This document shows, in pieces, positions 11,668 to 20,692 of a stretch of 59,706 nt of DNA (positions within the stretch are counted from its first letter, which is position 1; each line of letters opens with the position of its first letter). The translations under genes and the position numbers were made by a program. The DNA is taken from positions 1 to 59,706 of the forward strand of contig CALWQR010000004.1 in the NCBI GenBank assembly GCA_944383705.1. The letters run 5' to 3'. The stretch is from an uncultured Clostridia bacterium (GTDB lineage: Bacteria > Bacillota > Clostridia > Oscillospirales > CAG-272). A model generated the notes under the pieces. The model was given only the letters and a program-made list of their open reading frames with translations, ran no database searches and was not told where the DNA came from.

Positions 11668-13536
11668 ATGAGACAGGTTCAATTCAATGGGCTGGAGGAG
11701 GCGCTGCTGGCGCCCACCTCCGAATTCTGCCGGGAGCTGGGACTGGAGGTCTGCGTGGGGAAGGGTGCCCGCGTGCGCGCCGCCCGCGGGGACTGCCTTT
11801 CGCTTTCGCGCAGCGGGGACGAGGTGCTGGTTACCTACCGGGCGCGCAGCGAGTGGTTCCGGGCGCTGACCTTCCTGCCCGGCGTGCTGGAGGGGGGCGA
11901 GGGCGTCCGCCAGACCGGCAGATACCGGCTGCTGTGCTATATGGCCGACAATTCCCGCAACGCGGTTTACAACATTCCCACGGCCAAACAGATGATCCGC
12001 TGGCTGGCCGGCATGGGCTATACTTCGATGATGCTGTACACCGAGGATACCTACGAGCTGCCGGATTACCCGTATTTCGGCTATATGCGGGGCCGGTTTA
12101 CGGCGCAGGAGCTCCGGGAGCTGGACGACTACGCCGACAGCTACGGCATCGAGCTGATTCCCTGCATCCAGACCCTGGCGCACCTGAGCACCGCGCTGCG
12201 CTGGCCGGATTTTGACGGCTACAAGGACACCGGCGACATCCTGATGGTGGGGGACGCGCGCACCTACCGCTTCATTGAGGCCTGCGTGCGCCAGTGCGCC
12301 GCCTGCTTCCGCTCCCGCCAGATCAACATCGGGATGGACGAGGCGCATATGATTGCCTGCGGGGAATACCTGAAAAAGAACGGCTACCGCAAGCCCTCGG
12401 ACGTGATGCTGGAGCACCTGGGACGGGTTGTGGAGATCTGCCACGGCGCCGGCTTCCACCCCATGATGTGGAGCGATATGTTCTTCCGCATGGCCTCGGG
12501 CGGCGCGTATTACCTCCGGCAGGGCAGTGTGCCGGCCGATGTGATTGCAAAGGTGCCGGACGGGCTGGATCTGATTTACTGGGATTACTACACAATGGAC
12601 CGCGCGCTGTTCACCCACATGGTGGAGTGCCACAAGCAGTTCCGCAACGCCACGGTGTTTGCCGGGGGCGCATGGAAGTGGTATGGCTTTGGCGCGCACA
12701 ACGCCTTTTCGCTCAAGTCCACCCAAATGCAGCTGGACGTCTGCGCCGAGTACGGCATCGACCGCGTGATTGTCACCTCGTGGGGGGACAACGGCGGCGA
12801 GGCCTCGCAGTTCTCGGCTCTGGCCAGTATGCTGTACTTTGCCGAGCGCTGCTACTGCGACGCGGCGGACGAGGCCTGGCTGGATGCCCGCGCCCGGCAG
12901 TGCTTCGGCACGGACTTTGAGACCCTGATGGCGTTTGACCTGCCCGACAGCCTGCCCGGCACCACGGCAGAGGAGGTGGACAAGCCCAAAAACCCCAGCA
13001 AGTATCTGCTGTACAACGACCTGCTGGAGCGCTTTCTGGATTGCCACCTCGACCGCGCCACCGCGTCCCAGACCTACGCGGCCCACGCTGCGCGCCTGAT
13101 GCGGCTTGCCAAGGAGCCCCGCTTCGGATATGCAATGGAGACGCTGGGACGGCTCTGCCTGGTGCTGTCGATGAAATGCGACATGGGCTGGAGGCTGTAC
13201 GAGGCCTACCGGGACGGCGACCGGACCGCGCTCTCGACGCTGGCCAACGACGCCATCCCGCAGCTGCTCTCCGAGCTGGAGGCCTTTCTGGCCGCCTTCC
13301 GCCGGCAGTGGTACCGCGAGAACAAGAGCTTTGGCTTCATCACGCAGGAAATCCGCCTGGGAGGCCTGATGGAGCGCATCCGTGCGGTGCGCGCGCGACT
13401 GAACGATTATCTGAGCGGAGAGACCGCGCGCATCGAGGAGCTGGAGTCGGCCCCCCTGCCGATGTCCCCAGCCGCCAACGGCCAATACATCAACTACAAC
13501 AACTGGAACGGCAACGTCGCGGCAGGAATCCTCTGA
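11668..13536 (+). CDS. GH20 beta-N-acetylhexosaminidase (cytoplasmic, GcnA/HEXDC-like)
   Basis: MLYTEDTY, IPCIQTLAH, NIGMDEAH catalytic DE pair, MWSDMFF, YWDYY; no signal peptide. Confidence 0.9.
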   Translation: MRQVQFNGLEEALLAPTSEFCRELGLEVCVGKGARVRAARGDCLSLSRSGDEVLVTYRARSEWFRALTFLPGVLEGGEGVRQTGRYRLLCYMADNSRNAVYNIPTAKQMIRWLAGMGYTSMMLYTEDTYELPDYPYFGYMRGRFTAQELRELDDYADSYGIELIPCIQTLAHLSTALRWPDFDGYKDTGDILMVGDARTYRFIEACVRQCAACFRSRQINIGMDEAHMIACGEYLKKNGYRKPSDVMLEHLGRVVEICHGAGFHPMMWSDMFFRMASGGAYYLRQGSVPADVIAKVPDGLDLIYWDYYTMDRALFTHMVECHKQFRNATVFAGGAWKWYGFGAHNAFSLKSTQMQLDVCAEYGIDRVIVTSWGDNGGEASQFSALASMLYFAERCYCDAADEAWLDARARQCFGTDFETLMAFDLPDSLPGTTAEEVDKPKNPSKYLLYNDLLERFLDCHLDRATASQTYAAHAARLMRLAKEPRFGYAMETLGRLCLVLSMKCDMGWRLYEAYRDGDRTALSTLANDAIPQLLSELEAFLAAFRRQWYRENKSFGFITQEIRLGGLMERIRAVRARLNDYLSGETARIEELESAPLPMSPAANGQYINYNNWNGNVAAGIL

Positions 13537-13712
13537 CGAAAGTCCGGGCGGAGGCGCTCCGCACAGGTCAGGTCAGAGGGACCCCGAGGCGGCGCGCCGG
13601 GGGCCGGCATATGGCGCCGGGGGAGCAGGACCGGCCGCGGGCCGGCCCTGCTCCCCGGCGAGGGTGTTTCCCCCGGCAAAACCGAATGAGAATTTCCAGG
13701 GGAAGAGCAGAA

Positions 13713-13760
13713 ACAGGCCGGAGGCCGGCACGCAGGTTCGCGTGCCGGCCTCCGGCCTGT
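13713..13760. terminator. 21-bp hairpin between convergent GH20 and rpmF
   Basis: acaggccggaggccggcacgc-aggttc-gcgtgccggcctccggcctgt. Confidence 0.7.
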
Positions 13761-13771
13761 CTGGCTTGGCG

Positions 13772-13975
13772 TCAGGCCTTTTTCTGGTCGGCCTTGACTT
13801 CCATCACCTTTTTGCCTCTGTAAAAGCCGCAGACTTTGCAGACGCAGCCGCTCCGCACAAACTCGTTGCAGGCCGGGTTGGAGCATTTCACCATTCCGGG
13901 CAGCGAGAGCTTGCTGTTGTTGGAGCGCCGTTTGTCTCTGCGCGCCTTTGATACCTTTTTCTTCGGTACTGCCAT
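13772..13975 (-). CDS. rpmF: 50S ribosomal protein L32
   Basis: MAVPKKKVSKARRDKRRS, zinc-ribbon cysteines, CGFYRG; GAGGAGG RBS. Confidence 0.97.
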   Translation of the reverse strand: MAVPKKKVSKARRDKRRSNNSKLSLPGMVKCSNPACNEFVRSGCVCKVCGFYRGKKVMEVKADQKKA

Positions 13976-14027
13976 CTCTACACCTCCTCAATTGCGCGCC
14001 CGCCCGCCATGGGGGGCGCATAGATTT

Positions 14028-14558
14028 TTACTGATGCCGTTCCGTACTCTCCGATTGCTCCAGCAGCTTGCCCAGCACGGCCAGGCGTGGGTCCGGCTCG
14101 CGTTTGGGACAGCCGCAGTCGCCCAGACGCAGCGGTTTGCCGCACTTGGGGCAAAGCCCGGGACAGTCGGGGGAGCAGAGAAAGCGCGTGGGAAAGCAGA
14201 GCAGCAGCTCCTCGCGCACCAGCTCGTCCAGGGCAAGCCCGCCGTTTTCAATCACCGCGTACTCGTCCACGTTTTCCTCGAGCTGCTTTGCGCTCAGGGT
14301 TTCCTTCGCCGCTACCGTGCGTTCCAGCGTGACCGGAAAGCTGCCGGTAACGGGCGTCAGGCAGCGTGCGCAGACGGCGCGGTAATCCACCGAGGCGGTC
14401 AGCTGCAGATGCATATATCCCGCCTGGTCGGTCACCCTGCCCGTTACATGCGTTTCCCCTGTGATTTCCGCACCAACCGGAAGCGATAGGGGCAGGGAAA
14501 AATCAAAATCCATCCGTTTGATTTCGCCGCGCAGCATTGGCCGCATATCCAGAACCAT
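14028..14558 (-). CDS. yceD: DUF177/YceD family protein
   Basis: CARCL and LCSPDCPGLCPKCG motifs, DPRLAVL, upstream of rpmF. Confidence 0.92.
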   Translation of the reverse strand: MVLDMRPMLRGEIKRMDFDFSLPLSLPVGAEITGETHVTGRVTDQAGYMHLQLTASVDYRAVCARCLTPVTGSFPVTLERTVAAKETLSAKQLEENVDEYAVIENGGLALDELVREELLLCFPTRFLCSPDCPGLCPKCGKPLRLGDCGCPKREPDPRLAVLGKLLEQSESTERHQ

Positions 14559-14601
14559 TGCGTCACCCCACTTTCGGCTGGCATCAGATACAACACCCAT
14601 T

Positions 14602-14630
14602 ATTATACCTGAAAAAACATGATTTGTCAA
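14602..14630 (-). promoter_or_regulatory. Sigma-A promoter of yceD-rpmF
   Basis: TTGACA-17-TATAAT on the minus strand. Confidence 0.8.
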
Positions 14631-14702
14631 GTGTTTTTCGGATTTTCTTTATCCGGAACCGCTTTTTCCTCTGCAAAAATCCGCCCCGGCAGCCCCATCC
14701 CG

Positions 14703-17273
14703 TTACTCTACCGATTTGAGCGATTCGGCCATCGGCACCCGGTCCAGGCGGATGCGCATGAACAGATTTGCCAGCACGGCAAACGCCACAGTCATGCCGA
14801 AGGAAATCAGATAGCTCCACACCGTAATGCGCTCGTCAAAGGCCATGGCGTCCACGTGGATCTGCGCCATCACGTACCAGTGCAGCAGCTTGCCCAGCCC
14901 CAGCCCCAGCAGCCCGCCTGTGACCGCAAGGAAGAGATTTTCCCGCAGCACGTAGGAGGCGGTCTCGCGCGGGTAGAAGCCCAGGACCTTTACGGTTGCC
15001 ACCTCCCGGATGCGCTCCATGATGTTGATGTTGGTCAGGTTGCAGAGCACAATAAAGGCAAGCACGCCGGCGCAGAGCAGCGCCACCAGCACAATGTAGT
15101 TCATGCTGGCCATGGAGGTTTCCATCATAGCCCGCTCCTCGCTGACCACCGTGACATAGCTGACCCCAGCCACGCCGCGCAGCTCGGCTGCCAGCGCTCC
15201 GGCGTCGGTCTGCTCACCGGTCCGCACAAAGGCGGTATTGGACGCCTCCGGCAGGGAGTCGGCGGACAGGTAGACATAGTGATTGACATAATTGTCGCAG
15301 ATGCCGCTGACGGTCACCGTCACGGTCCCGCCCGGCAGGGGCAGGGTGACGCTGCCCCCCACTTTCAGCTCCAGCAGCTCGGCCAGCTTGGCCGAGAGCA
15401 CGGCCTCCCCGGCGCCGGGGTAGGCAATGGCGTCGCCGCCGTCGTGCAGGTCAAAGTAATCGGCCGCTTCCCCGGGCGGCAGGGCCACCGCGTAGGCCTC
15501 GTGCGCGTTCTCTCCGGCCTCTGCCCGCACGCTGTCCATATATCCGAAGACGTGCTGCCCGTCCTTGCCCTGCAGAGCCTGCGAGAGGGCGGCCTGCGTT
15601 TCCTCGCCGGCCTCAAAGCTGACCGAGAGGTCGTAGGTCTGGATTTCGTCGTACTGATAATCGAGGATGTTGGCCACCGAATCCTTCAGGCCGAAGCCGG
15701 TGACAATCAGCGCCGTGCAGCCGCCGATGCCCAGCAGCATCATGCATACCCGTTTTTTGTAGCGGAAGGCATTGCGGACCGTCACCTTGTTGAGGAAGGA
15801 GAACCGCCGCCAGACCGGCGTCAGCCGCTCCAGCAGGATGTGCTTGCCTGCGGCCGGGGCCTTGGGGCGGATCAGCTCCGCGGGCCTGCCCGCCAGCTCT
15901 GCCCGGCAGGCAAACAGCGTTGCCGCCACCGAGCCCGCCGCGGCCACCGCCAGGCAGCCAACGTACATCACCGTGCTGAAATGGTAGTCCAGCGGGGCAA
16001 AATCATAGTTGATGCGGTAAACCGTCCACACCACCTGCGGGATGACGCCGGTGCCCAGGAAATAGCCGATGACGCAGCCCATCAGCGCCGAGCTGACGGC
16101 GTACAGCAGATACTTGGCCGAAATGGCGGCGTCCCCGTAGCCCAGCGCCTTCAGCGTGCCGATCTGTGTGCGCTCCTCGTTGACCATGCGGGTCATGGTG
16201 GTGATGCACACCAGCGCGGCAATGATGACAAAGAAGACCGGGAAGACGTCGGCAATGCCGTTGACCACGGCAATGTCGTTGCCGAAGGATGCGTAGCCGG
16301 CGTTGCTGTCCGGCCCCAGCACATAGGTAACCGGGGCGGTCAGTGCCGCCAGTTGGGATTCGCCCTGTGCCAGCAGGGCTTCGCCCTCGGCAATTGCCTG
16401 CTGCAATGCCTCCAGCGTTGCCTGTGGGGCCCCGGCGGCCTGCATTTGCCCGTACAGTTCACGCGCCTCCTCCAGCCCGGCGCGGGCGTCGGCCAGCTCC
16501 TGCTCGGCGTCGGCGCGCAACTCCTCGTAGCGCAGCCCGGCGCGCTCGCGCAGCAGCGCTTCCACGGCCGGCTTGATTTCGGCCACCGCGTCCTCATAGG
16601 TATCGGAAAAGGCCATGCCGGGCAGGTCGAAGCGCAGCAGCGCCTCGTGGTAGACCTCCGAGTCGAAGGCGCCGGCCGGCAGATAGAGGAAGCCCTCCAG
16701 GCTGCCGCTGCCCAGCGCGGTGCTGCCGCGGTCCAGGCTGAGATAGCGGGGGGACTGCACCAGACCGACGATGGTGTAGCTCTGGCCGCTGAGGCAGTCG
16801 GCGGTATCGCCGCCGTCCAGCGTCAGGGTTTTGCCAAGATCCTCCTCGCCGAAGGCCTTGGAGTCGGCCAGGCATTCGGAGTCGTTCTCGGGCATCCGGC
16901 CGCCTGTCAGCCGGGGCAGGGCGACCTGTGAGGGCAGCGAGAGCAGCAGGAAGGCCGCCTCCTCGCCGTCCGCCAGACGGATCAGCGCCTCGGTGCGGTA
17001 CCCGCCCTCGGCGGCCGACACCCCCTCCATACCGGCCAGGGCGGCCAGGTCCCCGGCGGTCAGCCCCAGGGTGGAGACCAGCTGAAAATCATACATCAGC
17101 TGCTCGTCGTAATACCGGTCGGCCGTTTGCTGCATGGAGGGCTGCGCGTTGCGCAGTCCGGTGAAAAAGCCCACGCCCAGCGCCACGATGGCCAGGATTG
17201 CAAAATAGCGCCCCAGCGACCCCCGGATGCTGCGCAGCAGGGTTTTCAGCGTAAAATTCTTTTTGCGTTTCAT
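14703..17273 (-). CDS. ABC transporter permease, FtsX/MacB-like (two FtsX domains)
   Basis: RMVNEERTQIGTLKALGY and ERIREVATVKVLGF motifs; ends ESLKSVE. Confidence 0.9.
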   Translation of the reverse strand: MKRKKNFTLKTLLRSIRGSLGRYFAILAIVALGVGFFTGLRNAQPSMQQTADRYYDEQLMYDFQLVSTLGLTAGDLAALAGMEGVSAAEGGYRTEALIRLADGEEAAFLLLSLPSQVALPRLTGGRMPENDSECLADSKAFGEEDLGKTLTLDGGDTADCLSGQSYTIVGLVQSPRYLSLDRGSTALGSGSLEGFLYLPAGAFDSEVYHEALLRFDLPGMAFSDTYEDAVAEIKPAVEALLRERAGLRYEELRADAEQELADARAGLEEARELYGQMQAAGAPQATLEALQQAIAEGEALLAQGESQLAALTAPVTYVLGPDSNAGYASFGNDIAVVNGIADVFPVFFVIIAALVCITTMTRMVNEERTQIGTLKALGYGDAAISAKYLLYAVSSALMGCVIGYFLGTGVIPQVVWTVYRINYDFAPLDYHFSTVMYVGCLAVAAAGSVAATLFACRAELAGRPAELIRPKAPAAGKHILLERLTPVWRRFSFLNKVTVRNAFRYKKRVCMMLLGIGGCTALIVTGFGLKDSVANILDYQYDEIQTYDLSVSFEAGEETQAALSQALQGKDGQHVFGYMDSVRAEAGENAHEAYAVALPPGEAADYFDLHDGGDAIAYPGAGEAVLSAKLAELLELKVGGSVTLPLPGGTVTVTVSGICDNYVNHYVYLSADSLPEASNTAFVRTGEQTDAGALAAELRGVAGVSYVTVVSEERAMMETSMASMNYIVLVALLCAGVLAFIVLCNLTNINIMERIREVATVKVLGFYPRETASYVLRENLFLAVTGGLLGLGLGKLLHWYVMAQIHVDAMAFDERITVWSYLISFGMTVAFAVLANLFMRIRLDRVPMAESLKSVE

Positions 17274-17278
17274 AGGGG

Positions 17279-17986
17279 TTACCACTCAATATCCTGCACC
17301 GGCGTGACGGTCTCGTTGACGCCCGCGCTTTCAATCTGGCCGCTGCGGACGTGTATCACCCGGTCGGCCATGGCGCACAGCGCCTTGTTGTGCGTGATGA
17401 TGACCACGGTCATGCCGGTTTCGCGGCAGGTGTCCTGCAACAGCCGCAGGATGTTTTTGCCGGTCTGGTAGTCCAGCGCGCCGGTCGGCTCGTCGCACAG
17501 CAGCAGCTTGGGGTTCTTGGCCAGCGCGCGGGCAATGGCCACCCGCTGCTGCTCCCCGCCCGAGAGCTGGGCAGGGAAGTTGTTCAGCCGGTCCCCCAGC
17601 CCCACCTTTTGCAGCACCTCGGCCGGGGGCAGGGCTCCGCGGGTGAGCTGCGCGGCAATTTCCACGTTTTCCAGCGCGGTCAGATTGGGAATCAGGTTGT
17701 AGAACTGGAAGACAAAGCCCACGTCATAGCGCCGGTACTCGGTCAGTTTGCGCTTGTTGTAGGCCGAAATCTCGGCGCCGTCCACCAGGACCCGCCCGGA
17801 GCTGAGGCTGTCCATGCCGCCCAGGATGTTCAGCAGCGTGGTTTTCCCGGCGCCGGATTCGCCCACAATCACGCAGATCTCCCCGCGCTCGATGAAAAAG
17901 GAGGCCTCCCGCAGCGCCAACACCGGCACCTCTCCCGACCGGTACTCCTTTGTCACGTTTTCAAATTCAATGAAATGCCCGCTCAT
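17279..17986 (-). CDS. ABC transporter ATP-binding protein (LolD/MacB-like)
   Basis: [25 protein letters not shown]; GGAGG RBS before ATG 17986. Confidence 0.93.
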   Translation of the reverse strand: MSGHFIEFENVTKEYRSGEVPVLALREASFFIERGEICVIVGESGAGKTTLLNILGGMDSLSSGRVLVDGAEISAYNKRKLTEYRRYDVGFVFQFYNLIPNLTALENVEIAAQLTRGALPPAEVLQKVGLGDRLNNFPAQLSGGEQQRVAIARALAKNPKLLLCDEPTGALDYQTGKNILRLLQDTCRETGMTVVIITHNKALCAMADRVIHVRSGQIESAGVNETVTPVQDIEW

Positions 17987-18052
17987 CTGTACCTCCCCGG
18001 GGCCCGGCCCTGCGCGGCGGAAAGCTCTCCCGCGCAAATCTGCGGAGCCCCC

Positions 18053-18108
18053 TTGACAAACAAAAGTTTCTGTGATATTATTATAGCAACATTCTGTAGG
18101 ATTTTCAA
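18053..18108. promoter_or_regulatory. Overlapping divergent promoters for tetR (+) and the ABC operon (-)
   Basis: + TTGACA(18053)-17-TATTAT; - TTGAAA(18108)-17-TATAAT; the two -10 boxes overlap. Confidence 0.65.
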
Positions 18109-18137
18109 CAATCAGTTTTTGCGAATGCGGTGCGTAT

Positions 18138-18162
18138 CCGACACTATCCCGAAAAGTGTCGG
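18138..18162. promoter_or_regulatory. Candidate TetR operator
   Basis: Inverted repeat ccgacact-N9-agtgtcgg between the divergent genes. Confidence 0.5.
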
Positions 18163-18229
18163 TTCCGCAACGCCGGACAGGCTGAATTTTAGGTGAAAAT
18201 TTTGTGTGGAAACCGGGAAGGAGCTTTTG

Positions 18230-18772
18230 ATGAAGGATAACAGGCGGGTACGCATGACCAAAAAGCTGATGAAGGACGCGCTGCTGGAGCTGCTGGAGCA
18301 GCATCCGCTGAACCGGATTACCGTGACCGACGTCTGCCGGTCGGCCGACGTCAACCGCTCCACGTTTTATGCCTACTACACCGACGTGGAGACTCTGATG
18401 CTGGAGATTGAGGACGACGTGCTCTCGCAGCTGCCGGATTTTCCGGAGGGGCAGGACATCTATTCGGACGACAGCTTCCTGCACCGCCTCCAGGCGTTTT
18501 TCGACTATGTGCGGGCGAACGAGCGCCTCTTCCGCATCATGATTGTGGTGCGGGACAACGACAGCTTCAACCAGCGGCTGGTGCGCACGGTGACCGAGCA
18601 CTATCTGCGGGGCAGTGGGGCCGGGGACAGCCTGGCGGCCCGCTATACCTACATTTACTGCGTCAGCGGCGTCATCGGCATGATCAAAACCTGGATTGTG
18701 GGGGGCTTCCCGATGGACGCCCATACCTTTGCGCAGATGGTGCTGCACCTCTCGGCCAAGGTAACCGGATAA
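18230..18772 (+). CDS. TetR/AcrR family regulator
   Basis: DNRRVRMTK, ITVTDVCRSADVNRSTFYAYY helix-turn-helix. Confidence 0.92.
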   Translation: MKDNRRVRMTKKLMKDALLELLEQHPLNRITVTDVCRSADVNRSTFYAYYTDVETLMLEIEDDVLSQLPDFPEGQDIYSDDSFLHRLQAFFDYVRANERLFRIMIVVRDNDSFNQRLVRTVTEHYLRGSGAGDSLAARYTYIYCVSGVIGMIKTWIVGGFPMDAHTFAQMVLHLSAKVTG

Positions 18773-18818
18773 GCCTCTGCCGCCGGAGCAATTTTTGACA
18801 CGAATTTGGAATAGGAAA

Positions 18819-18847
18819 TTGACATTTTGTGAAGTATGTGTTATAAT
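18819..18847 (+). promoter_or_regulatory. Sigma-A promoter of the NCS2 permease
   Basis: TTGACA-17-TATAAT. Confidence 0.8.
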
Positions 18848-18929
18848 AAAGAAAAACAGGCGTGCGGAGGGCTGCCGGGGTCGTGAGCCCGGGCACCGGT
18901 ACGCCGCCGGCCAACGGGAGGGACAACCA

Positions 18930-20285
18930 ATGGAAAAGCTTTTCAAACTGAAGCAGTACGGAACCACGCCCGGGCGCGAGGTGATTGCCGGGCTGACGAC
19001 CTTTTTTGCAATGGCCTACATCATTGTCGTCAACCCCACGCTGCTGAGCCAGGCAGGCATGGAGTGGGGCGCGGTGTTCCTGGCAACCATCATCGCCTCG
19101 ATTGCCGGGACACTGGTGATGGGGCTGTTTGCCAACGTGCCCTATGCGCAGGCGCCCGGCATGGGGCTGAACGCATTTTTTGTGTATACGGTCTGCTTTG
19201 CGCTGGAGTTTACCTGGCAGCAGGCGCTCTCCATGGTCTTTCTGTGCGGCCTTTTGAATATCCTGATTACGGTCACCAAAATCCGCAAATACATCATCGC
19301 CGCCATTCCGCGCAGCCTGCAAAACGCCATCGGCGGGGGCATCGGCATTTTTGTGGCCTATATCGGCCTGCTGAATGTCGGCATCATTGAGTTCGGCTCG
19401 GGTGTGCCGGCGCTGGCGGCCCTGAACCAGCCGGCCTTCTGGCTGTTTCTCATCGGGCTGGTCCTGACCGTTGTGCTGCTGGCCTGCCGGGTCAAGGGGG
19501 CCATTCTCATCGGCATTGTCGCCACCACGCTCATCGGCATTCCGATGAAGGTGACGGTCACGGCCGACACGGTCAGCTTTACCGAGGCCTGCCGCCAGCT
19601 GCCCCAGACGCTGGGCGTGATTTTTACCGGGGAGGGGCTGGGCTCGCTGTTTGCCGACGCCTCCCGCATCCCGCTGGTGCTGGTCACCATTTTCTCCTTC
19701 AGCCTTTCGGATACCTTTGAGACCATCGGGACGTTTATCGGCACCGGGCGGCGCACGGGCATTTTTGACGAGGAGGACGAGAAGGTGATGGAGTCGGCGC
19801 CCGGCTTCCGCTCGCGCATGGACCGCGCCCTGTTCGCCGACGCTACCGCCACCTCCATCGGCGCGGTGTTCGGCACCTCCAACACCACCACATATGTGGA
19901 GAGCGCAGCGGGCATCGGGGTAGGGGGACGCACCGGGCTGACCAGCGTGGTGGTGTCGGTCTGCTTCGCGCTCAGCGCGTTCCTTGCCGCCTTTGTCAGC
20001 GCCATTCCGTTTGCCGCCACCGCGCCGGCCCTGGTGGTGATTGGCGTGATGATGATGGAATCCTTCCGCGAAATCAAATGGGAGAGCTTCAACGAGGCGG
20101 TGCCTGCCTTTTTCGCCGGCATTTTCATGGCCATCAGCTACAGCATCTCGGACGGAATTGCGGCCGGATTCATCTTTTACTGTGTGATGAAGCTCTGTGA
20201 GCGCAAGCCGAAGGAGATTCATCCGATTATCTGGGTCTCCACCGGGCTGTTTGTCCTGAATTACATCATTTTCGCCCTGCTGTGA
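18930..20285 (+). CDS. NCS2/AzgA-family purine permease
   Basis: AGLTTFFAMAYIIVVNP, APGMGLNAFF, TTYVESAAGIGVGGRTGL; many TM helices. Confidence 0.93.
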   Translation: MEKLFKLKQYGTTPGREVIAGLTTFFAMAYIIVVNPTLLSQAGMEWGAVFLATIIASIAGTLVMGLFANVPYAQAPGMGLNAFFVYTVCFALEFTWQQALSMVFLCGLLNILITVTKIRKYIIAAIPRSLQNAIGGGIGIFVAYIGLLNVGIIEFGSGVPALAALNQPAFWLFLIGLVLTVVLLACRVKGAILIGIVATTLIGIPMKVTVTADTVSFTEACRQLPQTLGVIFTGEGLGSLFADASRIPLVLVTIFSFSLSDTFETIGTFIGTGRRTGIFDEEDEKVMESAPGFRSRMDRALFADATATSIGAVFGTSNTTTYVESAAGIGVGGRTGLTSVVVSVCFALSAFLAAFVSAIPFAATAPALVVIGVMMMESFREIKWESFNEAVPAFFAGIFMAISYSISDGIAAGFIFYCVMKLCERKPKEIHPIIWVSTGLFVLNYIIFALL

Positions 20286-20294
20286 CCGGCGGGC

Positions 20295-20345
20295 AAAGCC
20301 CCGGGCGGGCGTCTCGCATCAGAGACGCCCGCCCGGGGCTTTTTT
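20295..20345. terminator. Bidirectional intrinsic terminator
   Basis: aaagccccgggcgggcgtctc-gcatca-gagacgcccgcccggggcttttt between convergent genes. Confidence 0.88.
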
Positions 20346-20692
20346 CAGCGGTAATAGACGTAGAAGACAATGATGGTGCGCTCCCGGCCGCCGTGCTCGA
20401 TATCGGGCGCGGTGAGCACCACGCCGTCCTTGGAGAGCAGCTCCCAGGCCTGCAGACGGTCCACCTCGCAGCGGAAGACCACCTCGGAGGAGGCGAATAC
20501 AATGAACTCCCCGTTGCGGATGTCAATGCTGCCGTCCCGGCCGATGACCTCCTCCACCCCGTTGATTTTCTCGGTGACGTACCGGATGCGGTGCCCCGCA
20601 ATCTGCCGGGCCATCTCCCGGCGGTAGCTCCGGCTATTCGGATTTTTGTTCCGCCGGAACAGGCGGGCAAAGAACGAGCTGGACACTGCCAT
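20345..20692 (-). CDS. Hypothetical protein (115 aa)
   Basis: AGGAGG RBS, protein-like composition, last gene of a minus-strand operon. Confidence 0.7.
   Translation of the reverse strand: MAVSSSFFARLFRRNKNPNSRSYRREMARQIAGHRIRYVTEKINGVEEVIGRDGSIDIRNGEFIVFASSEVVFRCEVDRLQAWELLSKDGVVLTAPDIEHGGRERTIIVFYVYYR

Noticed and set aside
13772-13975. Extra cysteine and odd spacing in the L32 zinc ribbon
   Set aside because: Within normal L32 variation
17279-18967. 562-aa extended ABC ATPase from the ORF track
   Set aside because: The true start is ATG 17986 with a GGAGG RBS; the extension is antisense to tetR
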